In this document: positions 24,067-35,779 of the stretch, in pieces
Layout of the letters: every line of letters begins with the position of its first letter
How positions within the stretch are numbered: the stretch's first letter is position 1
Assembly (NCBI GenBank): GCA_973895155.1
Contig: OZ316891.1
Location: forward strand, 18,533,987-18,597,986
DNA length: 64,000 nt
Direction: 5' to 3'
Source: Marsupella aquatica
Taxonomy: Eukaryota; Plantae; Marchantiophyta
Made by a program: the position numbers and the translations under genes
Notes under the pieces: model-generated
Database searches by the model: none
The model's input: only the letters and a program-made list of their open reading frames with translations
Told to the model about the DNA's origin: nothing

Positions 24067-27000
24067 ACAAGTTGTAGCTAGAGCACTTACATCGAGTTCA
24101 CATGTATAGCGATCAGCATGCATGGCCATGGCACTTTACCTAAGGGTTTTTACCCTTCCATTTTGTAACTTTTGTACTTTTTCAGTAATGCCATTTTAAT
24201 TGCGGCAGACTGGGTCAACATCACTTTCCTCCCTCCTTCAAAACCCATGAATGGTCTCCCTCACCCTCACCCTAACCCAAATACACAAAAACCCATGAAA
24301 TATACATTTTGCGAAGCTTTTGAGAACCAACCCCCATCTCAAAGACCCACGGTGAACGTATCGCAACCATTCCGAGGAGAAACGCATCGCAACACTTGCG
24401 ATGTTGTCTAAATCACAACCCTAGCGAAGACTTACTCTCCACACGTTTGCGAGTTAAATGCCTTCGCAACAAAGCGGTCATCCGCTTCTCACAAGCTTAC
24501 GAGTTTGTTTGCATCGCAAGTTATAGAGAAATTTAACATCGGAAATTGCGATGTAAATGTTATCGCAACGCGAGCGATTCATTTGTTCTCGCAAAATAAT
24601 GAAATTTGTCGTTTCTCAATATTTGCAAGGACAGTGCCGTCGCAACATTGCGGAGATGTTGCGACGTATTTAGAATCGCAAGTTGCGAAGTAGTTGCGAA
24701 GGGCCGTTTGCAAAGAATTTGAGATGGGAAGTAGCGAAGACGTTGCGATGCGAGTAAGTTCGCAAATTGGGTATTTCGGATTTTGTTTCCTTTGTATGAT
24801 GCGAAGGGTGGTGGTTCGCAAAAGAGGTGCATAGTGTTGTAGTGACAGTGTAAGCTCTCCTCATCTCTCAAGTGGCTCCGTAACAATGAGACTAAGTTCC
24901 ACTTATCCAAGCAAACACTGTTTGGCATATATATGCATCCTAGTTAACCTAACCACATCTCCGACTACGGTTAGCCTAACTACGATTACATGTCGTAACC
25001 CTAGACCTTGAGTAAATACCTAACATAAACTTGGATGGACTTGACTCAAACACACATATATATATATATGCTTGGATACTATGTTTTACACTTGTGTACA
25101 ACAATACCCTGTCAGATCATCACTTCTGTCCAACTATCCAAAAGTACCATGTCAAAGCACCATATATCTCTGTCCATTTTGTCCAAGGGTACCATGTAAC
25201 ATCATTGATTGCAAGCCTCTTTGTATTCTCTTAATATTCTATTCCCTCAAGCTAGTCACTTTAACCATGTTTTTAGAATTCAATAAAAAACATAAAATAT
25301 GTAAGGTATGTTTAGATATTTGTAGGCCTTTTCTGGCCTTTGTTAATGGTAAAATAAACTTATGTGTAGACTAAGCTCTTCACAATTTACTCATAGTGCC
25401 TCAAGTAGTTTGTTCAATGAGCAAAAGCAAAATTAACTCAAATTTTTTCAAGAATATTTTTTTGTTTATAGTAGGTAGCAAAACTCCCACAAAAGGGGGA
25501 AACAAGCACCACAATGACCCGTGAACCAATCTGACAATTCCACTAGCAAACAGGGGACAAATCTTGATTTTCATAGAGAATTGCTCTTGAGATGGAATAC
25601 TATTTTCCATATAGTGTTAAGGAGGGGTTTGACTTATTTTGTGGCAGCAAAGCTACCTCAGATTTTAATCTAAGAGGGTATTGAACATTGAGAAATCCTA
25701 TTTTTCAGATAGCGTTGCTCTTGTTACAATAAGCGCTTTGAGTACTTTGCCATCGCGGAGGTCTCAAAAATTTCAAATACAATACTAGATGTACACCTTT
25801 ATTTCATTTCATGCATGTTTTCAGTTCACTTTTAGGTGCACAGATTCTCCTAATGTGATTAAAATGTAGGTAAACAGCTAATGATAACATTATTATCTAA
25901 ATTTTCCCATCATTAGGTGTAAGATGCTTAGTTTATGTGTCACAGTCCATGGGGATGTTGAGAGACAACCTCCCAGTCCATCCGGGCTTTGGTTTCTGTA
26001 GAAAATTAAAGTATTCCATGTTATTTCTTTCATCTTAATTTCCCCCTCCCCAGTTTTTTATCTATAACCTCAGTGTCAGTTATGCTCTCAAGTAGATCAA
26101 CATCTAGGGGCTTCAATCTAGAACGTAGGCCCTGGGACTAGCTTTGATTGAATGTGCTTTTTAATTGATAACCTAAATAGAGATGAGGAAAAAGGAAAAA
26201 ACCTTGTCATAGAAAGAAATCTACCATTTCACTAACTCTGGAGATTCTTTTGTCCAAAGTTGAAGAATGAAATTTCCAAAACATTCATTTCAAAAATCCA
26301 AAAACATGATCTGAAATTTCCAAAACCCAAAATTGAAGTTTGCAAAAGCATCCTTTAAATTTCCAAAACCTAGTCCATTGGATGAATTACAAATTCAAAG
26401 GCAATGAAAAAAGTACTCCTTCAAATGAATGACTGAAATTATTCTTTATAATAAATGGGGCACTAATGGTGGTGCCGTACATATATTTTGATATCCTTTC
26501 ATGGGACTTCATTGTTGGGTTTTTTGCTAACTACAACATCGTCTTCCGCTATTTAAGTGACTACAAAGTTGACTAGACAACTACACATATTTGACTAGAC
26601 AGCTACACTAATCATATCAAGAATATCTGTGAACTAACAAATGAAGGATAGCTTCGTCATAGACACCTATTTCTCCTCCTTCCTAAACTCTGTCCATCTT
26701 CCAAAACCTTGTCACAGACACCCATTTCTCCTCCTTCCTAAACTCTGTCCATCTTCCAAAACCCCTGCCAAAGCCTCCCCTCTCCCCTCTACGTTCCGCC
26801 ATAGTCCAATTGTGTCCGCCTTCAAGCCAAAACGACTCCTCTTCTCCTCTCCTCTGCTATTGGGCCAAACCGAAAGGAATGATTCCAGGGTTGCGCATTG
26901 GCCTTTACCCCTCCCTCCAAATGGGGCTAATTCTAATCTATATGAAGCAAATTCACTAAATTATATCCGTAATCTGAAGTACTAAGTCCTGCCTACTCTT

Positions 27001-27139
27001 TACTCCTGTGTTTATTCTACAGAATTTTGACGTTTGTCTGTGAACTTCGCTGACTACTTCCTAAAATTTGTGGCGAATAGCCCACGCAGCTCCTAGGCCT
27101 TTTGCACATTGATTAGTTTCATGCTCAGTGAAGTCTTCC

Positions 27140-27997
27140 TTACAAGACATCTATGTGCCAAGGAGTAAGTTCTGAAGTTGTCAGTTGGAGAACATCATAT
27201 TTGCGCACTGGCAACCACGCAAAAAGCGAATTAGATTCCCCAAACCCCTGCAGTTGAGTGTATATCTGTTGATAATGTTTCCGATCTTCAGCTAAATTCA
27301 GACTGGACCATTTTGGAGTGTTTCGCCACAAATACACATGCACATCTCTTGCCAAGGCCAACTCCTGCAACACTGGTTGCAGTTTGTTGCTTATAAACAT
27401 ATCTGCAAGGAAACCACTATTATTGCCGTTGAAGCAATCACAAAACAACGTCGAGTATTCGGGGTTAAAGAAACTTCTATGAGGTAAATCATCAAGAAGG
27501 ATGGTGTTGCTGTCATTATAAGGTGCGCTTGTCCGATCTCAATTTAAAACGAGGTCATCCCAAATATTTTTCAGTAATTTCACAAAGCAATTTTTCCCTT
27601 TGTTTCTTCTAGCCCCATAAAATATCCCAGTTGACAAGGCTTCTGCTTCAGTTCTCACAAAGACAAATTGATGCTTCTCGTTGGGAAACACTTTCTCCAA
27701 AATCTCATGCACATTATGATATACGGCACAGACCCATATCCCCACATCAAATGTCTAAAGACACCATTCAACGAAGCGCCGCATTCCCGGTCTTACATAG
27801 ATGATTCTATTCTTTAGAAACAATGTCTCCCCATTTTCAGTATTTATATCCCTAAGAGACTTTGCTTGCACTCCCGATATTTGCACAATATGTAAGAGAA
27901 CATTCATGTCAAGTACGACTAGTTTACGAGGAACGGTGTTTTGTATAATAGTTGCCATATCGTATGTTACAATATCTGCAGAGTGACAATTTAACAA
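27140..27997 (-). pseudogene. FCP1/NIF-type HAD phosphatase-like domain
   Basis: KLVVLDMNVLL...IYVRPGMRRFVEWCL...GIW...K.L..IW...YNDSNTILLDD. Interrupted by stop codons. Confidence 0.75.
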
Positions 27998-28104
27998 TAA
28001 ATATCAATATTGTAAAGTCCATGCAAGAGCGTAACATCAATTACAACGCATTGCAGCGTATGGAAATCTAACAATAACCTATTCCACACGAGAATCACGT
28101 AGAT

Positions 28105-28740
28105 CTAACTCAAATGGTGATGATAAAGGCTTAGAACAATATTCCTCCTTTCAGCATCCATGTCCTCGGCTTTGAAATCAATAGGCTTCTCCCTACTCTG
28201 GTAATTGGCAAATTTCATGACAAATACTCTGCAGTTGTAGTCATCGGTTTGAAGAGGGATGTCTTTACAACAGTTTCTCGGCCATGACAAAGCATTCAGT
28301 TCCTTATGAGTTCTGAACATGGCTTCATCATCTAGATATCTTGCTAGGTTCTCAAGAACTTCAGGGTTATCTTCGTGCAAAGAATCCAAATAGTCCAGTT
28401 TCCTAAGACCCATGTCGATGACGACCAGTGCCCAATGGTTATGTCCCTCATGAATAGGGACCATGACCATCTCTACATCAGTTAAAAAGTACTCCAACTT
28501 CGAGGTCCAAGTTTGAACATCGTCATACTTATATCCACCTCGCGCAAGTTCCGAATAGAACCAAGTATCAAAAATATGAACCTGCGGGAGGTCGGTACCA
28601 GCGGATTCTACTCTCGAAGCAATCAGACCAAAATAAGCATTCAGAATTTCAGAAGTTATCCATCGCTCGGGACCTAGACATGCCATCTCGTGACGAGTTA
28701 TGATGCATCCACTGATTGTCGACAAAACTAAATCCTGATC
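28105..28740 (-). CDS. Ulp1/C48 SUMO protease domain (C-terminus of the 501-aa ORF 28105-29610)
   Basis: WITSEILNAYF, FDTWFYSEL, VPIHEGHNHWALVVID, YLDSL, PLQTDDYNC; catalytic H, D, Q and C are all present. Confidence 0.92.
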   Translation of the reverse strand, partial: DQDLVLSTISGCIITRHEMACLGPERWITSEILNAYFGLIASRVESAGTDLPQVHIFDTWFYSELARGGYKYDDVQTWTSKLEYFLTDVEMVMVPIHEGHNHWALVVIDMGLRKLDYLDSLHEDNPEVLENLARYLDDEAMFRTHKELNALSWPRNCCKDIPLQTDDYNCRVFVMKFANYQSREKPIDFKAEDMDAERRNIVLSLYHHHLS

Positions 28741-29399
28741 CATGTCAGGGTTGAGGCAAAAGTCTATCGCCACATCATCGTTCAAGTTGAGAGAAGTGGG
28801 AAAGAGTGAATTGGCACCTGCCTCATTCGCAGGCTCCACTGCAAGTTCCACAACAACATTATCGACATGTCCAATGACGGGCTCGACCTCGCATGGACCC
28901 CGATTTTCTGCCCAAGTGTGGGGAGGGGATGGATTGATGATGTTAACGGCCTCTTGAATTCCAGTGACAACCCGAAGGTACTCGGAAGGATCCTCAGACA
29001 CAACCAGTGCAATATCATTTACAATTGAGTCCACCTCGCCAAACGACCCCACACGAGGCTCGCGTAGAGATAGAGGTATCCCACCGTCATTGTGTTCTTC
29101 CTCCACAAGAGGTCCTTTGGAACTCCCTAAGTGGTGGATCGGTCTTTGCGCCTCACCAAATTCCCATGGACGGCGAATCTGTTCCCCAACATTAATCATT
29201 CCAACACAAGGATCAGAAAATCTGTTATCGTCTTGATGGGAGACTGTTCCAGTGACATGATAGTGCCTCTCTTCCTTTGCGCCACTTGCATTTGAGTTTT
29301 GCGTTGAGCTGCCCTCCCCTCCTGGAAGTTTCCATAAGGATTTTGCGAATTGTGTGACACCCTCCAACAACTTGAGATTCTCCGCATAAGCCGTGAGGT

Positions 29400-30493
29400 C
29401 CATCACATCCCCCCTTTCCGAACAAAAAGAGAAACATTCCCTTTCTAGAAGAAGGGCATTCTTTAAAACTTGCCCACCAATAAAGAAGTCCAACACAATT
29501 TCCTCCTTCTCGGAAATTCGAAGAATGATTGCCTTGATAATTCTGCTGGGCTTAATGTTTGATGTAAATGTTTTGCCACCGGGGGTCCGGAAAGGAATGA
29601 GTCTATACAAGCGATCTCCAAGAGCGGATTTTTGCTTTGCTGCAACCTCTTCCTAGGAAAGGCCAGCATAATCTTCTTTGGCTGGTCTTGCCAGTTCAAG
29701 CTAATCCATGGATTCCGCCAAGAAATGACCTTGAAACCCTCTGAAATGTTTTTCCTAATCCGGTTCTTGTTCCTGGGAGACTCCAAGGAAAACAAGGGAC
29801 TCAATAATATCCGACATGAAATGCGATGAGCGGACTTCTTTCGCACTCTTCCAATAGCTTCCATACTCCAGATGAGCATTATAATTGGAAGGTAGATCAG
29901 TGACAGCTTCAATAATTCTAGCCAGCAAGAGACCTGAGTGCACAAAAAACACGACAGTCACCAAGTCGTTGGCGGGGACATTCACGACAGTCTTCAAGAA
30001 ATTCAGCAGCTCTAATTGTGTCCAAGTATTTTGAATTGAGTGTGTCATATCGACAATAGCAAGGGATGCATTAATCCTCTCCCTACAACTCATCGAATCA
30101 AAAGGAGGCTCCGCGGAAGCAAGAAGATTCCTAGAGTAAAATATTTGATATGGATCCATTCTCTCGCGGACAGTTCCCCCAAATTTCTTTTGGTAAATAT
30201 TCCGTAACCTATTCTTCAAAGGTTCCAGCATATTGGATTTTGCAGAGACCTTGACTAATTAAACTCTTGAAATAAGCATTGTCAACCATTGAGCAACATC
30301 GATCCAATTCTTCATTCGTGAAATTAAACTCGCGGACCACGTCCGACCAAACGGCCCCAACATTGAAAAAACTTTCATAGGTCTCGCGGTAGAACCGCAA
30401 GATTGCACCTTTCAACTTTTCAGTATACTTGGCTTTCATGGCAAGATGGGACATTGAAGGTATATCTGTCCTTGCATGTCTTCTCTTCATCAA
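29400..30493 (-). pseudogene. Degenerate beta-class amino (N6A/N4C) DNA-methyltransferase-like domain
   Basis: KPSRIIKAIILRISEKEEIVLDFFIGG resembles the KP..L...I...S...D.VLDPFxGSG signature. Upstream LAIVDMTH sits where the DPPY motif is expected. ORF 29755-30231 is in frame with 28105-29610 across three stops. Confidence 0.6.
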
Positions 30494-32380
30494 GAGAACC
30501 TCTCCCGATTAAACTTTATTCAAGATAGAGGTAATGTCAGATTCTTGCGCCCCCTCAAATACCCTGAATGTCATCCTAGTAAGCTACTTTGCTTCCCTCT
30601 TCTTCCCAGTCATATCTCCATTGTTGTCAAGTAAACTACCGGACAACCAACTATTGCAGATTGACATCCACAACTTATAGAGGCTCTCCGATGCAAAAAG
30701 GATCCAGTTGTATTTGCTGATGCTACTCACTTTCAGTGTGACTTTGGCCACCCTTCGTAATCTTGAAACCCAACAACAAATGGTAAGAACAACACAGTAA
30801 ACCAAACCTTTGGAGAAGGTATCTTAGAGCCAAGCCTCGGATTCTACACGAGGCTCGTGTAGACCACAAAAGAAATTATAGTGTCAACAAGAACGGACCT
30901 GGAATTCCTGGGATTTTTGCCCTGACGGCACTGGCCGCACTGGTCGATTCATTTCTGAATATTGCATTCTCACATGCCTGACCTGGTCGATGAATGGTGA
31001 TGAGAAACAATGTGCTTCAGCTTGCAAGTTTTTTGCATGTGAAATTGACCCCTTGAGAATTCTTGCACGACGGAATTTGAGAAGGTTGGCCGTTTCAACC
31101 AGAGATGGTTGTGTCCAAGAACTCCAAATGATTTTCCTCGCGGCCATAGTTGAGTGTTGACCACTTATTGCAAAATATTGATACTCGGATAATTGTTTAG
31201 AATCAAAATCTCTGACGGAAAGATCGATAAGTGTCATTTGCCTATCCAACGATTAATACGTGCAAACCGTACTTTCTTTGCTTAAAACGTTGGTATCGTG
31301 TTACGGGGTCGTGGACGCTATTTGGAGGATTTCCACACCTAAGGATGAGTATGTTTGATTCCGCTCCCGGAAGGATATTTTTTGATCAAGTCTACTGACT
31401 GGTCTCTCCGTTTTTTATCAAGTCCAAGGGACTGGTCCTACCTTCTACAACTCATGCCCACCGGGTGAGTGCTGTCATCACCCCCTCTCATGGGCAAGCA
31501 TACAAACATTTACTATAAGATTTGAACACTAGTGACAAGGGGAAAATGTTTCCACAACGGAACCGACCACATGCACTAGGGGAGGAAAACAAACAACACA
31601 AGCAACAATAAGTGACACAAAATATTGGAACCTCAAGCCAAATCCATATCTCTTGGTGTTTCTCGTAACACATGCAAGGGCAACCCGGCCTCCTGCCGTC
31701 TGCCCAACTCCTGCCTCCCTGGGACAAGAGCTACGTTCTCCACCTCACTACTCTGGCTTGAACTTCTCCTAATCAGTGCGCTACTCACAAAAGCTACTCA
31801 AAGCACTACGCTGAGTTTTCCCCCCCACTACTACGGGGCTCTCCCCCTAAATACTCAAAACAACACACCATTGAAAGCACCCCTCACGGGGTCACAAGGA
31901 TGGCGGCTACCCTAGCGGCGCCGCTAAACTCTTCACTAAGGAACCCCTAAACTAAAAGCATGCGGCACACACCTGCTTCTAAAACCCTAAACCCTAAACT
32001 AACAATGGGGCCGACGGTGCCTTCGATGGCGCCCCAACATTACTCCATGAATCGTGAAATTGCAAGGAACCCCATAATGGCCGAAACTAGGTGCCCTTCC
32101 ACTTGCACCTCTGAGTTCACCCTGGAGATCCCTCCTCCTCCTGATCATGAATCACTCAACCGCTCTTGAAACGGACATCGGACGACCAAGTTATGGTTGT
32201 TTTAGTATCCCATAAACCCAACTTTGTCGGGCCCTAACTTGCTCATCCTGGCTCCGTTTGAGGAGCGCTGCCTCTTGTTGGACTCAGCTCCGCAAGCTCT
32301 TTCCAACAAGCCCGTGAGTGACCCCTCACAAAAAAAATTGGAAAGTCAAGGGGCCGTACAACCACATCGATACGACCACT

Positions 32381-34242
32381 CTAATCCTCCTCCTCTTCAC
32401 TCACGGTACCCTGGCTTGAGCCCCGTGAGTGGGCCTCCTCATCACTCTCCACTGGAGTGAGTGCCACTTCACTCCTCTTCTTCTTCATCGGGGTACTCCT
32501 TGTGCTAGTGCTCCCCTGCTTCCTCAAATTGGCCAAGGCTTGCCACGCCTTGATGTACCCCTCACCAATGGTGTCCTTCCATAAGGCCGCCTCTTCACCG
32601 GATTGCAACTCCAACAGTAAAACCTGCCCGGTGGCCATGGGAGTCCCAGGGGTGACAGATCGGGGTGGCATCCCCGGGGTCCCCATGTTGACATGAGCCT
32701 CTCGTAACGATTTACGTACCTCCCTGAGCTTCTTCTCTAAGCTCTTGCTCTTCTCTTGACTCTTCTTGGCTGCATCCAAGAGGGGTCCATACTTTCCACT
32801 GACTTCCTTCACCACCATCTCAATGGCCCTGGAGATCAAATCCGGGGAAAGTGTGGAGCTAGGTGTGCAGGGGCTCTTCCGTTTCCCCAGACTCAAGGCC
32901 TCACTCCTCTTAGCCCTTGTCTCAAAGATCACCATTTGACCCCGTAGTGCTCCCACCTGAGCTCTTAACTCCACCACTTCTCCAGAATTCTGCTTCTCTT
33001 TGGCCAATGCCTGTTTCAATACTTCAACCTCTTCCGCTTCCTTGGCCTTGGTGGACAAGGCTCCTTTCAAGTTGGAGATCTCTACGTGAGCTGCTTGGAG
33101 AAGCTTAACCTTCTCATGCATGGCCTCCTCCTTGGCCTTGATCACCTCCTTCATAGACAGGGCATTCTGCTCCAGAGTCTCTACTCTAGCGGTGGCCTGC
33201 TTGAGAGAATCTCTCAATGCGTGGACTAGCTTGAGTCCCTCATGGACTCCCTCCCGGAAATCCCGTAATTCCGCCAGGTAGACATCAGGAATGTCGTAGA
33301 CCAGGGGCTCCTTCAGATCTCCCACAAGTGATTCAAGCCACTCCAATGTGGAGTCCTCATCCTGGTTTTCTTCCTCTCTATTATCATCCCCAACCGCCGA
33401 CGATGATCCCTCCGTTAGTTTCCTCAAGATGGTAGTGGCAATACTCCTGATTTCCGTGGTAAGGGATGATCTTGAGTCTTCGTTTCCCGGGGGAACACTC
33501 CACCCTTCTGCTCTGGCCAGCAAAAATGACCCCATCAAATGTACAACCCCACCTGGTTTCATACTCCCGGAATCGGCATCCAATAGCTTCTTCAACCCGT
33601 AGTACCACCATCCGTACACATGGGTTGGATAGTTCTTGATGTCCATAGCTACCATGAAATGCTTTCCATTCACCACCCCGGATTGCACGTTACCAAGGAC
33701 CCGTTGATGAACCTTGGCCAGAAATCCCTTGTGCTCAGCATCCTTGACGGCGGAAAGAGGAATGGAAGTAGTGGAGGTGGGATTAATCACCCAACCGGCC
33801 ACCATTGTCAACGTGAGCTCTCCCCTTATGTTCTGAGGCATGAATGAGAATTGCTGGTTCTCCAGAAATAGAAGCTTAGCTAACTCCATATGGGGCACTA
33901 CCCATTGGAGACATTCAAAGTAGATTCCTTCCGTACGTAACTCCATCCCGGCCTCAATGTTCCAACTCTTCCCCGAAGGGATTGTAATCTCCACCTTCAT
34001 GAACTCCGTGAGCCCGGTGGCTTGAAAAATATTCCTACAATCCTCCATCACCTTGGCGGAGGTTTTGGGATAAATTTGACGGAAACATTCCTACTCACCG
34101 GTGCGGAACTTGCCGCCAGTCCAGTACTCATCACAACTTCTCTCTCTTCTCTCTCTCTTGCAATCAATGTCTCAACGTAGTCACGGTAAGCAGCCTTGTA
34201 TCTTCGAATGCGTGCCGCACTAAACTCCGGTTGATTCCGCAT
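32381..34242 (-). CDS. LTR-encoded ORF (556 aa plus a frameshifted 5' part): globular N-terminal domain and long coiled coil
   Basis: Uninterrupted ORF 32381-34051 with a heptad-rich C-terminal half. IFQATGLTEFM loosely parallels FMAGSGLETFV in the solo-LTR ORF. Confidence 0.7.
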
Positions 34243-35039
34243 CCATGCATCCAGAAATCAAATCTTCAATCACCAAATCCCATCACCCGTAGCAATGTCA
34301 ATTCCCTGGCCCGAAATGGCCCCCGTATCCCGATCAATCAATTACCCTCAATTCCCTCAGAAGCCACTCAATGCCGTCGCCTCTAATGCCCAAAAAGAAT
34401 GTGAGCCCCCAAGCTCTCCCAATCCACCATGAGAGAGCTTGCAAGAGAGAGAGCTTTCGGAAATGGGAGCAAAGTGCTTTCGGCAAAGGGCGGAGTCGCG
34501 TAGAAAGTAGGGAAGGAGAAAAGAAAGGAAAATGGCTAATACAAGGGAAAGGGAAGGGAACCCCTCCCGTGTATTTTTTTCCTCCTGGCTCCTTGGCTTT
34601 CGCCATGCGCCCCGGCTCGCAGCCCTATGAAGGGCTCACGCATGCCGACACGCGGCCCTCCTCACCTCCAACTCACGGGCCCCAAATGCATGCGGCCCTA
34701 TGCAGGGTGCGCCCGGTCCTGCTTCCTCCTCACAAGAGGGTTTAATACCCCCCCACCCTCTCACCCCTCCTTTGGGCCCGGCTCGCGAGAGCTTTCCCCC
34801 CTTCCCATGACCTTTTCCTCCTGGCACCGGCTGCGGTGCATCCCGGCTTGCCTCTCGCCCTGGTAGCACCACCTGGGCTCGCCCACTCGCGCTCCTGTTG
34901 GGGGGTTTAACCCCTCCCCCTTTTTTTCTTCTCCCTTTACTCCTTCCCCTACCTGCTGCCGTGTGCCTCCAGCGCCCATCCCTGCATCCTCCCCGGCTCC
35001 CATCGTACGCCCAGCTCTTGGTATGCTCCTATCTTCTGG

Positions 35040-35530
35040 CCATGGTACCCTCCTGTCTTCTGGCCACGGTACCCTCCTTGGTACCCCCGGCTCCTGCTGC
35101 CCGCGGTACCCTCCTCGGTCACGGTACCCTCCTGCCCTCCAGCTTCCCTCTTGCCTCGGTACCCCCGGGCCATGGTACCCTTGGTACCCCCGGTACGCCT
35201 CCGGCCATGGTACCCTCCACTCACGGTACCCCCTGGCTCCTGGCCACGGTACCCCCGGTACCCCTGCCTCCTCAATGGAGGTCAAGGTACCCCCCGGCTT
35301 GGTACCCTTGGCACCCTCGGCTCCTGCTGCCCGCGGTACCCTCGCGGTACCCCCGGCTCCTCCCTGCTCATGGTACCCTCCTGCTCGTGGTACCCCCTGT
35401 TCGCCCTGCCTTGGCTCGCGGTACCCCCGGTACCCTCTTGTCTTCTGGCTCGCGGTACCCCTGCCTTGGCTCGTGGTACCCCAAGTACCCTCCTGTCTTC
35501 TGGCTCGCGGTACCCCCGGTACCCCTGCCT
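35040..35530. repeat. GGTACC-core minisatellite inside the LTR (copy at 40360-40620)
   Basis: Dozens of ggtaccc cores, mostly spaced about 10-25 bp apart. Confidence 0.9.
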
Positions 35531-35779
35531 TGTTCTCCCACAAGACCCAAGAGAGCAAAGGGTGAATTAAAAAATTAGTTCCTCCCGGGTTCAAATAGCT
35601 CCGGCCCCTCCAAAGCCACATGAACACCCACCGGGCTGAGTAACTTTTAAGAAAATAAAGAATTTAAAAAAAAAACTTGTATATCTTGGCTTATTTATTT
35701 ACATGCATCATGCCAATAACACCTAACGGTGACTTTATGTGATGGGGACCCCGTCACATAGCTCCTCTCTTAATTGCGA

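Larger units (their letters stand above)
13950..24844 (-). mobile_element. CACTA/En-Spm element 1 (10.9 kb), structurally complete
   Basis: Starts CACTACTACA (13950) and ends TGTTGTAGTG (24844). 3-bp TSD ACA at 13947-13949 and 24845-24847. Subterminal TTGCGA/TCGCAA repeat arrays. TnpD transposase inside. Confidence 0.96.
31232..35758 (-). repeat. 3' LTR, about 4.5 kb, containing an ORF
   Basis: On the element strand it starts TGTGAC right after the PPT and ends TGACA at the TSD. Its first ~480 bp recur almost identically at 40360-40834 (5' LTR remnant). Confidence 0.75.

Noticed and set aside
34761-35627. Several long overlapping ORFs (up to 288 aa)
   Set aside because: They are by-products of the GC-rich GGTACC minisatellite; low-complexity translations appear in multiple frames.
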